DNA of 40,861 nucleotides from an uncultured Collinsella sp. (GTDB lineage: Bacteria; Actinomycetota; Coriobacteriia; Coriobacteriales; Coriobacteriaceae), in contig USFK01000001.1 in the NCBI GenBank assembly GCA_900553935.1, positions 1-40,861 of the forward strand. The letters run 5' to 3'. Of the stretch, positions 1 to 9,824 are shown piece after piece. Below the pieces are notes generated by a model. That model worked only from the letters and a program-made list of their open reading frames with translations. It searched no databases and was not told the DNA's origin. Position numbers and translations under genes: made by a program. Each line of letters starts with the position of its first letter. Position 1 is the first letter of the stretch.

Positions 1-1094
1 ATCTTCTTCTCCAGGTTGGCCGCGATGACCTTCAGCTGCCGGTCGTGCTGGAGCAGCTCCCGGGAGATGTTCAGGGACAGGTCGGGAGAGTCCACCACCC
101 CCCGGACGAAGCGGAAGTGCTCCGGCAGCAGGTCGGCGCACTTGTCCATGATGAGGACGCCGTTGGAGTACAGCTGCAGTCCCTTCTCGTACTCCTTGGT
201 GTAGTAGTCGAAGGGCGTGGCACCGGGGATGAACAGCAGCGCCTTGTAGGTGACGGCGCCCTCGGCGGACACGGCGATGACCTTTTGGGGGTCGGCGTAG
301 TCGTGGAACTTGTCCCGATAGAACTTGTTGTACTCCTCCGGCTTCACGCTGGACTTGCGCCGCTGCCAGATGGGCACCATGGAGTTCAGCGTCTCCTCTT
401 CCTGATACGTCTCGTACTCCGGCTTGTCGTCGGGGCTGCCCTCCTTCCGGCGGGTCTTGGAGACCTCCATTCGGATGGGGAAGCGGATGTAGTCGGAATA
501 CTTCCGCACCAGCTCCTGGAGCCGCCAGGACTCCAGGAACTCACTGTACTTCTCATCATCGGTGTCCGCCTTGATGTGCATGATGATGTCCGTGCCCACG
601 GCATCCCGCTCGCATTCGGTGATGGTGTAGCCGTCGGCGCCGGAGGACTGCCACATCCAGGCGGCGTCGGCGCCGTACTTCCTCGTCACCACGGTGATGT
701 GGTCCGCCACCATAAAGGCGGAGTAGAAGCCCACGCCGAACTGGCCGATCACGTCGGTGTCCTTGGCGTCGTCCCCCACCTCCTGCTTGAATTTGTAGGA
801 GCCGGAGGAGGCGATGACGCCCAGGTTGTTCTCCAGGTCCTCCTTGTCCATGCCGATGCCGTTGTCGGAGACGGTCAGAGTCCGGTGTTCCTTGTCCACC
901 TTGATCTCGATCTTGAAGTCCTTGCGGCTCATGCCCACGGCGTCATCCGTCAGGGCCTGGTAGCACAGCTTGTCACAGGCGTCGCTGGCATTGGAGATGA
1001 TCTCCCGGAGAAAGATCTCCTTGTGGGTGTAGATGGAGTTGACCATCAGGTCCAGCAGCCGCTTGGACTCCGCCTTGAATTGCCGTTTTGCCAT
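1..1094 (-). CDS. htpG: Molecular chaperone HtpG (Hsp90), N-terminal part; runs off the window edge
   Basis: Manual translation from ATG at 1094: [43 protein letters not shown] motifs DNGIGM and [12 protein letters not shown]. Missing from the ORF track because the stop lies outside the window. Confidence 0.97.
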   Translation of the reverse strand, partial: MAKRQFKAESKRLLDLMVNSIYTHKEIFLREIISNASDACDKLCYQALTDDAVGMSRKDFKIEIKVDKEHRTLTVSDNGIGMDKEDLENNLGVIASSGSYKFKQEVGDDAKDTDVIGQFGVGFYSAFMVADHITVVTRKYGADAAWMWQSSGADGYTITECERDAVGTDIIMHIKADTDDEKYSEFLESWRLQELVRKYSDYIRFPIRMEVSKTRRKEGSPDDKPEYETYQEEETLNSMVPIWQRRKSSVKPEEYNKFYRDKFHDYADPQKVIAVSAEGAVTYKALLFIPGATPFDYYTKEYEKGLQLYSNGVLIMDKCADLLPEHFRFVRGVVDSPDLSLNISRELLQHDRQLKVIAANLEKK

Positions 1095-1194
1095 GATATT
1101 GCACTTCCTTTGGTGTTTTTTCTCAACAGAAATCAGTATAGCACTTTGAACAAAACAAATAAATGACCAATTTGTAAATTCCGCCCGCAAACGG

Positions 1195-1223
1195 TTGTGC
1201 GGCGGTGGGTTTGCGTGTAAAAT
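1195..1223 (+). promoter_or_regulatory. Putative sigma70 promoter
   Basis: TTGTGC-17 bp-TAAAAT with TG extension; AAGGAG RBS before ATG 1277. Confidence 0.55.
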
Positions 1224-1276
1224 AATGACAGAATCACACCCTGCGGCAGGAGCCGCCGGAAAAGGAGTCCTTATCT

Positions 1277-1705
1277 ATGGGAGTCTTTCAAAAAATCGGG
1301 AACGCACTGGCCCGGCTCATGTACGGACGCAACGGCGTGGACCAGTTGAGCCTGGCCATTGTGGTGGGAAGTCTGGTTCTGGACCTCGTCTCCATGTTTG
1401 TGGCCCCCCATCATCTGTGGCTGGGGAATGCGCTGTACCTGGTGTCCATCGCCGCTTGGGCCTTCGCCCTGTTCCGCATCTTCTCCCGGAATCTCACCAA
1501 GCGCCGGAGCGAAAACCAGCGGTGGGTGAACTGGATGTGGCGGATGAAGAGCAGCCGCCAGAATGCCAAGGCCCGCCATGCGGACAAGGCCCACAAATAC
1601 TTCACCTGCAAGAACTGTAAAACCATCTGCCGGGTGCCGGTGGGCAAGGGGAAAATCGTCATCACCTGCCCCAAGTGCGGCGCCCAGATTCATGCCAGGA
1701 CGTAA
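1277..1705 (+). CDS. Small membrane protein with C-terminal zinc ribbon
   Basis: MYGRNGVDQL motif, two hydrophobic helices, CKNC...CPKC; a family typical of Clostridia. Confidence 0.85.
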   Translation: MGVFQKIGNALARLMYGRNGVDQLSLAIVVGSLVLDLVSMFVAPHHLWLGNALYLVSIAAWAFALFRIFSRNLTKRRSENQRWVNWMWRMKSSRQNAKARHADKAHKYFTCKNCKTICRVPVGKGKIVITCPKCGAQIHART

Positions 1706-1717
1706 GGGGCGGCGGAG

Positions 1718-2326
1718 ATGGCTGAAAGAGAAGCCCCGGGAGCGCCGGCGTTCCGCTTTGCCGCGCCAGCAGACAGCGCCGCCCTGCTGAAGATCTACGG
1801 AGAATACCTGGACACTCCCATCACCTTTGAGTGTGCGCTGCCCTCAGAGGCGGAATTTGCCGGACGCATCGCCGCCGTCGGCCGGGAGTATCCCTATCTC
1901 GTATGCCTGGAGAAGGGGCGGATCGTGGGCTATGCCTACGCCCACCGCCAGGCGGAGCGGGCCGCCTATCAGTGGAATGCGGAGCTGTCCGTCTATCTGG
2001 ACCGCTCATGCACCTCCCGGGGGCTGGGAAGGCGGCTGTACGGCGCCCTGATAGACATTCTGCGGCTGCAGGGCATCCGCACGGTCTACGGCTGCGTCAC
2101 CGTGCCCAATGAAAAGAGTGAGGGGCTCCACCAAGCCCTGGGCTTCCGGCGGCTGGGCACCTACCGCAGCACTGGGTACAAGTGCGGCGCCTGGCGGGAT
2201 GTGGCCTGGTTTGAAAAGCCCATCGCCCCCTACGATCAAAATCCGGAGCCGATCCGCCCCGTGGGAGACATCCCGGCTGAGGCTCTGGCCGCCATTTTAA
2301 AGCGTTATGAAGCGGAGCAGCCCTGA
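1718..2326 (+). CDS. GNAT N-acetyltransferase, phosphinothricin acetyltransferase (Pat/YncA)-like
   Basis: ITFE, GYAYA, ELSVYL, RGLGRRLY, PNEKSEGLH, GYKCGAWRDV motifs. Confidence 0.92.
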   Translation: MAEREAPGAPAFRFAAPADSAALLKIYGEYLDTPITFECALPSEAEFAGRIAAVGREYPYLVCLEKGRIVGYAYAHRQAERAAYQWNAELSVYLDRSCTSRGLGRRLYGALIDILRLQGIRTVYGCVTVPNEKSEGLHQALGFRRLGTYRSTGYKCGAWRDVAWFEKPIAPYDQNPEPIRPVGDIPAEALAAILKRYEAEQP

Positions 2327-2338
2327 GCGGGACGCAGG

Positions 2339-2371
2339 AAAAGAGCGGAGCCTTTCGGCTCCGCTCTTTTT
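2339..2371. terminator. Bidirectional intrinsic terminator
   Basis: AAAAGAGCGGAGCC-TTTC-GGCTCCGCTCTTTT between convergent genes. Confidence 0.9.
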
Positions 2372-2383
2372 GACGATGGGAAC

Positions 2384-3430
2384 TCAGCCCTTGCACACGG
2401 GGACGATCCAGCCCTTGGTGTCGGGCAGCTTGCCCCACTGGATGCCGGTGAGGGTGTCGTACAGCTTCTGCGTCAGCTCGCCGATCTTGCCGCCGCTGAT
2501 GAAGACCTTGTCGCCCTTCCAGTCCAGTTCCTTGACGGGGGAGACGACGGCGGCGGTGCCGGTGCCGAAGACCTCCTCCAGCTTGCCGTCGTGGCCGGCC
2601 TTCATGATGTCGGCGATGGCCACGTGCTCCTCGCAGACCTCATAGCCCCAGTCCTTCAGCAGTTCGATGATGGAGCGGCGGGTGACGCCGGGCAGCACCG
2701 TACCGGTGCAGGGGGCGGTGTAGATCTTGCCGTCGATCTTGAACATAATGTTCATGGAGCCGACCTCTTCCACATACTTCTTCTCCACGCCGTCCAGCCA
2801 CAGCACCTGGGCGAAGCCCTGCTGCTCGGCCATCTCGCCGGCCTTGATGGAGGCGGCGTAGTTGCCGCCGCACTTGGTGAAGCCGGTCAGGCCGGGCGCG
2901 GCGCGGATGTACTCGTCCTCCACGTAGATGCGGACGGGATCGATGCCCTCGGCATAGTAGGCGCCGGAGGGAGCGCAGATGACGCAGAACGTGTAGTTCC
3001 GGCTGGCGTGGACGCCCATGCCCACATCGGTGGCGAATACAAAGGGACGGATATACAGGGAGGCGCCGTCAGAATGGGGCACCCAGTCCTTGTCCACTTC
3101 CACCAGGGTCTTCACGGCCTGGACGAAGTCCTCCACAGGGATCTTGGGAATGCACATCCGGTCAGCGGAGTCCTGCATCCGCTGGCCGTTACAGTCGGGG
3201 CGGAACAGCTGGATGGTGTTGTCCGCGGTCCGGTAGGCCTTCAGGCCCTCAAAGACCTCCTGGCAGTAATGGAAGATGCCACCGCACTCGGAGACATGCA
3301 GGGTGTGGTCGGTGGTCAGACCACCCTCGTCCCACTCGCCATCCTTCCAATGAGCCTCGTAGCTGTAATCGGTCTTCATGTAGCCAAAGCCGAGGCTACC
3401 CCAATCGATATCCTTCTTCTCGACAGTCAT
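2384..3430 (-). CDS. ilvE: Branched-chain amino acid aminotransferase (probably a chimeric sequence)
   Basis: FEGLKAY, LFRP, LYIRPF, PLP lysine in KCGGNY, EEVGSMN, LPGVTR, GTAAVVSP; AAGGAG RBS before ATG 3430. Confidence 0.95.
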   Translation of the reverse strand: MTVEKKDIDWGSLGFGYMKTDYSYEAHWKDGEWDEGGLTTDHTLHVSECGGIFHYCQEVFEGLKAYRTADNTIQLFRPDCNGQRMQDSADRMCIPKIPVEDFVQAVKTLVEVDKDWVPHSDGASLYIRPFVFATDVGMGVHASRNYTFCVICAPSGAYYAEGIDPVRIYVEDEYIRAAPGLTGFTKCGGNYAASIKAGEMAEQQGFAQVLWLDGVEKKYVEEVGSMNIMFKIDGKIYTAPCTGTVLPGVTRRSIIELLKDWGYEVCEEHVAIADIMKAGHDGKLEEVFGTGTAAVVSPVKELDWKGDKVFISGGKIGELTQKLYDTLTGIQWGKLPDTKGWIVPVCKG

Positions 3431-3617
3431 ATGTCGCTCCTTACATACACAGTTGCATACTCGCGAACCCGCACGCAAGGACCGGGGCCGACCGCGTCGC
3501 AACGTCACACGCCCGGAGCGTAGAGCCGGACGGGACACGCGGACGACATCGAAGCCGATGACACGTCGATTCGCATGCACGAGATTGTACTCCGCACACG
3601 CATCGGATAAAACGTTT

Positions 3618-3637
3618 TTCTTTAACTAACTAAAGTA
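3618..3637. promoter_or_regulatory. CTTTA-N6-TAAAG palindromic operator (HisR/YerC-like) upstream of ilvE
   Basis: TTCTTTA-ACTAAC-TAAAGTA; matches the sites at 35906 and 40737. Confidence 0.55.
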
Positions 3638-3659
3638 TTTTCATTTGACCGAAGCTAGA

Positions 3660-3691
3660 GAGGCCCGCCACCGTAATCGGTGACGGGCCTC
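3660..3691 (-). terminator. Hairpin terminator after dedA
   Basis: GAGGCCCGCCACCG-TAAT-CGGTGACGGGCCTC. Confidence 0.7.
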
Positions 3692-3719
3692 AACGGCACG
3701 GTTTGCGCGCTAGCTCGAG

Positions 3720-4367
3720 CTACGCGTTCTGTTTGCCCAGTTTTGCCTTAACCAGGCCGACCACGGTCGGGATAATCGACACGGCGACGATGCCGATAAT
3801 CAGCAGCTCAAAGTGCTCCTGCACAAAGGGGATGCCGCCAAAGAAATAGCCCAGCAGCGTAAAGACCGTCGACCAGGTAATGCCGCCCAGCACGTTATAG
3901 ATGACAAAATTGCGCCAATGCATGCCGCCCATACCGGCGATGAAGGGCACAAAGGTGCGGATAAACGGGAAGAAGCGACCCAGGAAGATGGCCAGGTGAC
4001 CCCACTTGTCCAGGAAGTCCTCGGACTTTTTGATGCGCTCGGGCGTCATGGCCTTGACCTTGCCCGAGGCGATGATTTTGCGGCCAAAGAAGTGGCCGAT
4101 CATAAAGTTGCACTGATCGCCCAGGATGGCTGCGGCCCATGCGACGGCCAGCAGGGCCACGATGTTAAAGCCGCCGTTGTGGGCAAAGAAGCCCGAGGCA
4201 AACAGCAGCGAATCGCCGGGAAGGAACGGGAAGAACACCACGCCCGTCTCGATAAAGATGATCAGGAACACGCAGCCGTAGGCCATGAGCGGGCCAGCGG
4301 CGATCCAGCTGGCGATCGCAGTGCGCGGGTCCTTGAGCAGCTCAGCGATAAAATTGATGAAACCCAT
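3720..4367 (-). CDS. dedA: DedA/VTT family membrane protein
   Basis: FIETG, FLPGDSLL, GRFFPFIRTFVPFIAG motifs; start moved to ATG 4367 (GAGG RBS). Confidence 0.93.
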   Translation of the reverse strand: MGFINFIAELLKDPRTAIASWIAAGPLMAYGCVFLIIFIETGVVFFPFLPGDSLLFASGFFAHNGGFNIVALLAVAWAAAILGDQCNFMIGHFFGRKIIASGKVKAMTPERIKKSEDFLDKWGHLAIFLGRFFPFIRTFVPFIAGMGGMHWRNFVIYNVLGGITWSTVFTLLGYFFGGIPFVQEHFELLIIGIVAVSIIPTVVGLVKAKLGKQNA

Positions 4368-4591
4368 GAAGTAAAACCTCTCAGTTGTGGGCGCGGACAC
4401 GTCCAAGTTGACCAGTATACGGTTGCGGCGCGGCAACGCACACGACCTTACAAAAGCGTGACTTCATTACCAGCAAGTTTGCATAATTGACACCTGTCGC
4501 GCAAAGCCGAGCAAGATTGCTCTTCCTAATCCCTAGCGAATCGCTATACTTTATTGAATTGCATTGTCGCGGCGCTAAGGGAGGGCGGCCG

Positions 4592-5296
4592 GTGAGCTTT
4601 ATCAATACCATTCGCGAGGACATCAAGACCGTCCAGGCACAGGACCCCGCCGCGCAAAACGGCCTAGTCATCTTCCTTTCTTACCCCGGCCTGCACGCCA
4701 AGTGGAACCACGTGCCCGAGCACTGGCTGTGGGAACATGGACATCGCTCGCTCGCCCGCGTGCTCTCGCAAATCACCCGCCATATCACTGGCGTCGAGAT
4801 TCATCCTGCCGCACAGATCGGCAAGCATTTCTTTATCGACCACGCCATGGGCGTTGTCATCGGCGAAACCGCCATTGTGGGCGACAACTGCGTGCTCTAT
4901 CAGGGCGTCACACTTGGCGGCACCGGCAACGAGACCGGCAAGCGCCACCCCACCCTGGGCAACAACGTCACCGTGGGCACAGGCGCCAAGGTGCTCGGCA
5001 ACATTCGCATTGGCAACAACGTCAAAATCGGCGGCAACTCGGTCGTCGTCAAGGACGTACCCGACAACTGCACCGTCGTGGGCGTGCCGGGCCGCGTCAT
5101 CAAGCGCAACGGCTGCCGCGTATTCGAGGAAAGCTTCGACGCCAAGCAGCACCGCGAATACATGCCCGACGATGCCGCCGAGCAGAGTGCCCTCAACCGC
5201 CAGGGCATCACCGAGAATGCCCGCCGCGTCAAGGAACTCGAGCGAGAGGTGGCCGAGCTCAAGGCCCTCGTCACCAAGCTCGTGGACGAGCGCTAG
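4592..5296 (+). CDS. cysE: Serine O-acetyltransferase
   Basis: [33 protein letters not shown] hexapeptide repeats; GTG start after GGGAGG. Confidence 0.95.
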   Translation: MSFINTIREDIKTVQAQDPAAQNGLVIFLSYPGLHAKWNHVPEHWLWEHGHRSLARVLSQITRHITGVEIHPAAQIGKHFFIDHAMGVVIGETAIVGDNCVLYQGVTLGGTGNETGKRHPTLGNNVTVGTGAKVLGNIRIGNNVKIGGNSVVVKDVPDNCTVVGVPGRVIKRNGCRVFEESFDAKQHREYMPDDAAEQSALNRQGITENARRVKELEREVAELKALVTKLVDER

Positions 5297-5375
5297 AGGC
5301 GGACGGCCACCGACAACATTGACGCCAACGCAAAGGCGCGCCAGGGAATCCATCCCCGGCACGCCTTATTTCTGA

Positions 5376-5407
5376 TGTGACATGCGGGACTGTCCCTTTG
5401 TCACATT
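5376..5407. repeat. Palindrome with GGGACTGTCCC loop, between convergent genes
   Basis: ATGTGACA...TGTCACAT arms around GGGACTGTCCC; resembles the GGGACAG repeats elsewhere in the window. Confidence 0.55.
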
Positions 5408-7418
5408 ATGCGAATTGGCTCAGGTAGAGGTCGGCGTAGGCGCCCTCGGCAGCCAGCAGCTCCTTGTGCGTTCCCTGCTCGATAATGTTGCCGTGATCCA
5501 TAACCAAGATCAGGTCGGCATCCACAATCGTCGACAGGCGATGCGCGATCACAAAGCTCGTGCGGCCGCGCATGAGCGCGTCCATGGCGCGGCCGATGGC
5601 AAGCTCGGTGCGCGTATCCACGCTTGAGGTCGCCTCATCCAGAATGAGAATCGCCGGGTTGTTGAGCAGCACGCGCGCAATGGTCAGCAGCTGACGCTGG
5701 CCTTGGCTGATGCTTTCGGCATCATTGGCCACGCGCGTGTCGTAGCCCTGCGGCATGGTGCGCACAAAGAAGTCGACCTGCGCGGCGCGGGCGGCAGCCA
5801 CGATCTCGTCGCGCGTTGCCTCGGGGCAGCCGTAGGCGATGTTTTCGGCAATCGTGCCGTCGAACAGCCAGGCGTCCTGCAGCACCATGCCAAACTGCTG
5901 ACGTAGCTCACCGCGGTTCATGAGGCGCGTATCCACACCGTCGAGCGTAATGCGGCCGCCGTCAATCTCGTAGAAGCGCATGAGCAGGTTGATGAGCGTG
6001 GTCTTACCCGCACCCGTGGTTCCCACCACCGCAATCTTCTGACCCGGTTCGGCGGTAAACGACACGTCGCGCATGAGCGGCTTTTCGGGCGTGTAGCCAA
6101 AGCGCACATGCTCAAAAGCGACGCGGCCCTCCACGCGACCCGGCAGATTGGCAGCCTCGCTCGGCTGCGGATCGGCCTCCATCTCGGGCTCATCGAGCAG
6201 GTCGAACACGCGCTCCGCACTCGCCAGCGCGCCCTGCAGCGAGTTGAAAGTGAACGACAGCTGCGTCATGGGTTCGGACGCCTCGTAGATAAACTGGAAG
6301 AACGCCTGGAACACGCCGACGGTCATGTGACCGGCGACCAGCATGCTGCAGCCCACGAGCGCAATCACGATCTGCGCCAGGCGACCAATAAAGCGAACCG
6401 CGGGTCCGACGGCGTTGATCATAAAGTCGGCCTTGGTGCTCACGCGGGCCAGCTCGCCCGAGGCCTCGTGCACCTCGGCAGAGCTCTGGTGCTCGCGATT
6501 GAATGCGCGAATCACCAAACGGCCCGAATAGCCTTCCTCGACCGCGCTCGTGATTTTGGACACCCATTCCTGACGCTCGCCCGTCACATCATGCGTACGG
6601 CGCGAAACCACCTTGGTCACCAGCAGCGATACCGCCGTAAAGCCCAAAAAGACCAACGTGAGCTTGACGCTATAGACGAACATCATGATGATGGCACCCG
6701 TCACGGTACCGATCGATACCAGCAGCTGCAGCAATCCGCGCTGCATACTCTCGGACATCTTGTCCAAGTCGTTGGTCGCACGGCTGACCACCTCACCGGG
6801 GCGATGCGCGTCAAAGTAGGCGAGCGGCAGGCGGCTGAGCTTTTGCGCGATGCGGTTGCGCAGACGCAGGTTGAGTCGCTCGGCCACACTCGACATCAAA
6901 AAGCTCTGCAACGCATAGAACGACCCGGCAGCCGTCCAGATCAAGAAGTAGACAAAGATGGTCTTGCCGCAGTTCTCCCAGGTGATGTTGAAGGTGGTTC
7001 CGTTGGCAAACGCCACCTGCATATGCCCCCACAGCTCGTCGATGACGTGAGCGCTGTACGCCGGCGCGGCGGTGTTAAAGATGACGTAGAACACGATGCT
7101 CGCAAACACGATGTAAAAGCGCCAATGGTCGCCGGCGGCCTCGCCCCACAAGCGGCGCACCGTCGCCCAGGTATCCCGGGGCGTCTCGTCCTCGTCTTCG
7201 TCGTCCACGTCGCGCATACGTTCTGCCTCGGCACGGGCACGTTCGTCCTCGGCACGCTCGTTTTCCTCGTACAGCGCCTGGCGACGAGCCTCGCGCTCGG
7301 CCGCGGCCCTGGCGGCATCATCCAGCTCGGTCGACGCGGCAGCCTGCTCGACCGCTTCGACCGCGTCCACAACGACGGCATCGATAGCGTCGCTGCGCTT
7401 CTTGAGCTCCCCGGTCAT
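5406..7418 (-). CDS. ABC exporter fused permease/ATPase (heterodimer subunit B)
   Basis: TMD plus GTTGAGKT, ISQGQRQ, LILDEATSS; AAGGAGG RBS before ATG 7418. Confidence 0.95.
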   Translation of the reverse strand: MTGELKKRSDAIDAVVVDAVEAVEQAAASTELDDAARAAAEREARRQALYEENERAEDERARAEAERMRDVDDEDEDETPRDTWATVRRLWGEAAGDHWRFYIVFASIVFYVIFNTAAPAYSAHVIDELWGHMQVAFANGTTFNITWENCGKTIFVYFLIWTAAGSFYALQSFLMSSVAERLNLRLRNRIAQKLSRLPLAYFDAHRPGEVVSRATNDLDKMSESMQRGLLQLLVSIGTVTGAIIMMFVYSVKLTLVFLGFTAVSLLVTKVVSRRTHDVTGERQEWVSKITSAVEEGYSGRLVIRAFNREHQSSAEVHEASGELARVSTKADFMINAVGPAVRFIGRLAQIVIALVGCSMLVAGHMTVGVFQAFFQFIYEASEPMTQLSFTFNSLQGALASAERVFDLLDEPEMEADPQPSEAANLPGRVEGRVAFEHVRFGYTPEKPLMRDVSFTAEPGQKIAVVGTTGAGKTTLINLLMRFYEIDGGRITLDGVDTRLMNRGELRQQFGMVLQDAWLFDGTIAENIAYGCPEATRDEIVAAARAAQVDFFVRTMPQGYDTRVANDAESISQGQRQLLTIARVLLNNPAILILDEATSSVDTRTELAIGRAMDALMRGRTSFVIAHRLSTIVDADLILVMDHGNIIEQGTHKELLAAEGAYADLYLSQFA

Positions 7419-7419
7419 G

Positions 7420-9156
7420 CTACTCACCTCCCTTCATTTGCGATTCCGCGATGGCGCGGTATACCTCACAGGTTTCCATAAGCTCGCCATGCGTGCCCAA
7501 GCCCACGACCTCGCCATCCTTGAGCACGACAATCTGGTCGGCGTGCAGAATCGTCGAGATGCGCTGCGCGATGATGAGCACCGCGGCGTCGTGCGTCTCG
7601 TTCTGCAGCGCATGGCGCAGGGCCGCATCGGTCTTAAAGTCCAGGGCCGAAAAACTGTCGTCGAAGATATACAGGTCGGCGCACTTCATGAGCGCGCGAG
7701 CAATGGCCAGGCGCTGGCGCTGACCACCCGAGAAGTTCGTACCGCCCTGGGCAACCGGGGTATCGAGTCCCTGCGGTTGATTGAGCACAAAGGTGCTCTG
7801 GGCAACCCGCAGCGCATGAAGCATGTCCGCCTCGGTCGCGTCCTCGTTGCCAAAGCGCAGATTGCTTGCCACGGTGCCCGAGAACAGCCATGCCTTCTGC
7901 GGGACGTAGGCAATGCGCCCGCGAATCTCGTCTTGCGAAAGCTCGCGCAGGTCGACGCCGTCCAGGCGAATGGCACCCTTGGTGGCATCGTGAAAACGCA
8001 GCAGAAGCTTTGCCACCGTCGACTTGCCCGAGCCCGTCGAGCCCACAATCGCGGTCGTCTGACCGCGACGACAGGCAAAGCTCAGGTCGCACAGGGTGTC
8101 CTCATCGGCATCGTCAAAACGAAACGACATGTGATCGAACTCAGCGACCGCATCCGCATCGCCCCCGGAGGCAGGCGCCCCGTCACCCAGCGTACGCTCG
8201 CCGTCCACGATGCCCGGCTCAATCTCCAACACCTGCTGCGCACGGTTCAGGCACGCCGCGGCGCGCGGCAGCGTCAGCACTACCATCTGCGCCATCATCA
8301 CAAAGAACAGGATCAGGAGCGCATATTCCAGCACCGCGGAGATGCTCGCAATCTGCATTGCATGGGCGCCAACGCGGTTGCCGCCCACCCACAGCACCGC
8401 CACCTCGGCAATGTTCATCAAAAAGAAGGTAGAGCTATCAAGGCCCACAAACAGGTGGTTGACCTTAATGGCGTTGTCCGCGTAATCGCTAAACACCTCG
8501 TCCAGGCGCTGCTCCTCGTGAAGCTCTTTATTAAAAGCGCGGATGACGCGAACGCCCACGATGTTCTCGCGCAGCACCACGTTCATGCGGTCGATAAAGC
8601 TCTGCAGGCGCATAAAAATTGGCGCGGCGTTAGCCACGGTAAAGACTGCCGCCACCAGCACGATCGCAACCACCACGCCCAGCAGCGTACCCATGGCGGG
8701 ATCGATGAGCCACGCAAAAATGATGCCCGCGACGGCCAAGAACGGCACCGGCAGCACCAGCTGGATCGTCTGCAGGATGGCCTGCTGAATCACATTGATG
8801 TCGTTGAGCGAGCGCGTGATCATCGATCCGGTGCCAAAGCGCTCAAAGTCGCTGGCCGCGAGCTCGAGCGACTTGTCGTACACGGCATTGCGGATATCGC
8901 AGGCCACGTTGGCGGCCAAGCGCGCCGAAAGATAGCAGCCCAGCACCGCGCCGCCGCTGGCCATGCCGGTCGCGATAAGCATGTAGAGGCCATTGCGCAA
9001 AATGTAGTCGACATCACCCGTGGTGATACCGGTGTTGACCATGTTCGCCAGCATCGTGGGAACCAACAGCGTGCCGACGTTATCAACCAGCAGCACCAGC
9101 AGCGTCACTGCGACAAGCCCTCGATAGGGCTTCAGAAACCTCATTAACAGTCGCAC
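7420..9156 (-). CDS. ABC exporter fused permease/ATPase (heterodimer subunit A, degenerate site)
   Basis: GSTGSGKS, FSGGQRQR, non-canonical FDDSFSALD and IAQR. Confidence 0.95.
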   Translation of the reverse strand: MRLLMRFLKPYRGLVAVTLLVLLVDNVGTLLVPTMLANMVNTGITTGDVDYILRNGLYMLIATGMASGGAVLGCYLSARLAANVACDIRNAVYDKSLELAASDFERFGTGSMITRSLNDINVIQQAILQTIQLVLPVPFLAVAGIIFAWLIDPAMGTLLGVVVAIVLVAAVFTVANAAPIFMRLQSFIDRMNVVLRENIVGVRVIRAFNKELHEEQRLDEVFSDYADNAIKVNHLFVGLDSSTFFLMNIAEVAVLWVGGNRVGAHAMQIASISAVLEYALLILFFVMMAQMVVLTLPRAAACLNRAQQVLEIEPGIVDGERTLGDGAPASGGDADAVAEFDHMSFRFDDADEDTLCDLSFACRRGQTTAIVGSTGSGKSTVAKLLLRFHDATKGAIRLDGVDLRELSQDEIRGRIAYVPQKAWLFSGTVASNLRFGNEDATEADMLHALRVAQSTFVLNQPQGLDTPVAQGGTNFSGGQRQRLAIARALMKCADLYIFDDSFSALDFKTDAALRHALQNETHDAAVLIIAQRISTILHADQIVVLKDGEVVGLGTHGELMETCEVYRAIAESQMKGGE

Positions 9157-9644
9157 GACTCCCCCTCACATTGATCCTGCGTCTGGCTTGCAGCTGCCAC
9201 CTGCTGCTTAAATGTCTCGCACTCCTCATCGAGCACCTGGGAGAATTTGCCGATCAAGCGCATAATCTCGCGTTGCTCACACGGCTCAAGCGCGCAAAAT
9301 GCTCGCTGTTCGGCCTTAAGTGCCGGCAACGCATAGCGCTCAGCAAATTGCCTACCCTCTTTGGTCAGGCACACAACCTTGTTCTTGCGACTGCCTTCGG
9401 CAAACTCCAGCGTGGCGAAACCCCGCGCCTTCAAGGTTTTAATTGCCGAGTTGATGGTCTGTTTGCTGTAGAACCATTCGCTTGTCAGACGGCTTACGGC
9501 GACGCTGCCGCCCGCCGTGCTGGTATCGACGAGCATCCAGTAAGCGCAGTCCGAAAGACCGCAGGCGCGCGAGAACTCCGAATAAATATGGTCGAGTCCA
9601 TTGAGCAACCGGTCGAAATCGACCAGCGTAACCGCACTATTCAT
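9144..9644 (-). CDS. MarR family transcriptional regulator
   Basis: SKQTINSAIKTL helix and RKNKVVCLTKEG wing; overlaps the ABC gene start. Confidence 0.9.
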   Translation of the reverse strand: MNSAVTLVDFDRLLNGLDHIYSEFSRACGLSDCAYWMLVDTSTAGGSVAVSRLTSEWFYSKQTINSAIKTLKARGFATLEFAEGSRKNKVVCLTKEGRQFAERYALPALKAEQRAFCALEPCEQREIMRLIGKFSQVLDEECETFKQQVAAASQTQDQCEGESCDC

Positions 9645-9662
9645 CTATCCCACCATTCGATT

Positions 9663-9719
9663 GTCCGATTTTTGACCAATTTATATCTCTAGATTAGTCC
9701 GAGTTTTGACTATCGTCAA
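9663..9719 (-). promoter_or_regulatory. marR-ABC promoter with two operator boxes
   Basis: TTGACG-17-TAATCT on the minus strand; GTCCGAkTTTTGAC at 9663-9676 and 9697-9710. Confidence 0.7.
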
Positions 9720-9761
9720 CAGGCTCTCCGCAAATGCTTGCACTTTTATGGCCTATCGGCA

Positions 9762-9798
9762 GAAAAAGACCGCCGGCGCGGGGGCAGCGCCAGCGGTC
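9762..9798 (-). terminator. Intrinsic terminator
   Basis: GACCGC..GCGC/GCGC..GCGGTC hairpin with a U-tract on the minus strand. Confidence 0.75.
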
Positions 9799-9824
9799 AC
9801 GTGAAAATCGGGTTTTATTGCCCG

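Noticed and set aside
1138..1165. TAGCACT upstream of htpG as a CIRCE element
   Set aside because: Only a partial half site; no GAGTGCTAA arm at 9-bp spacing.
45..1166. 373-aa plus-strand ORF
   Set aside because: Antisense shadow of htpG caused by high-GC codon bias; no recognisable motifs.
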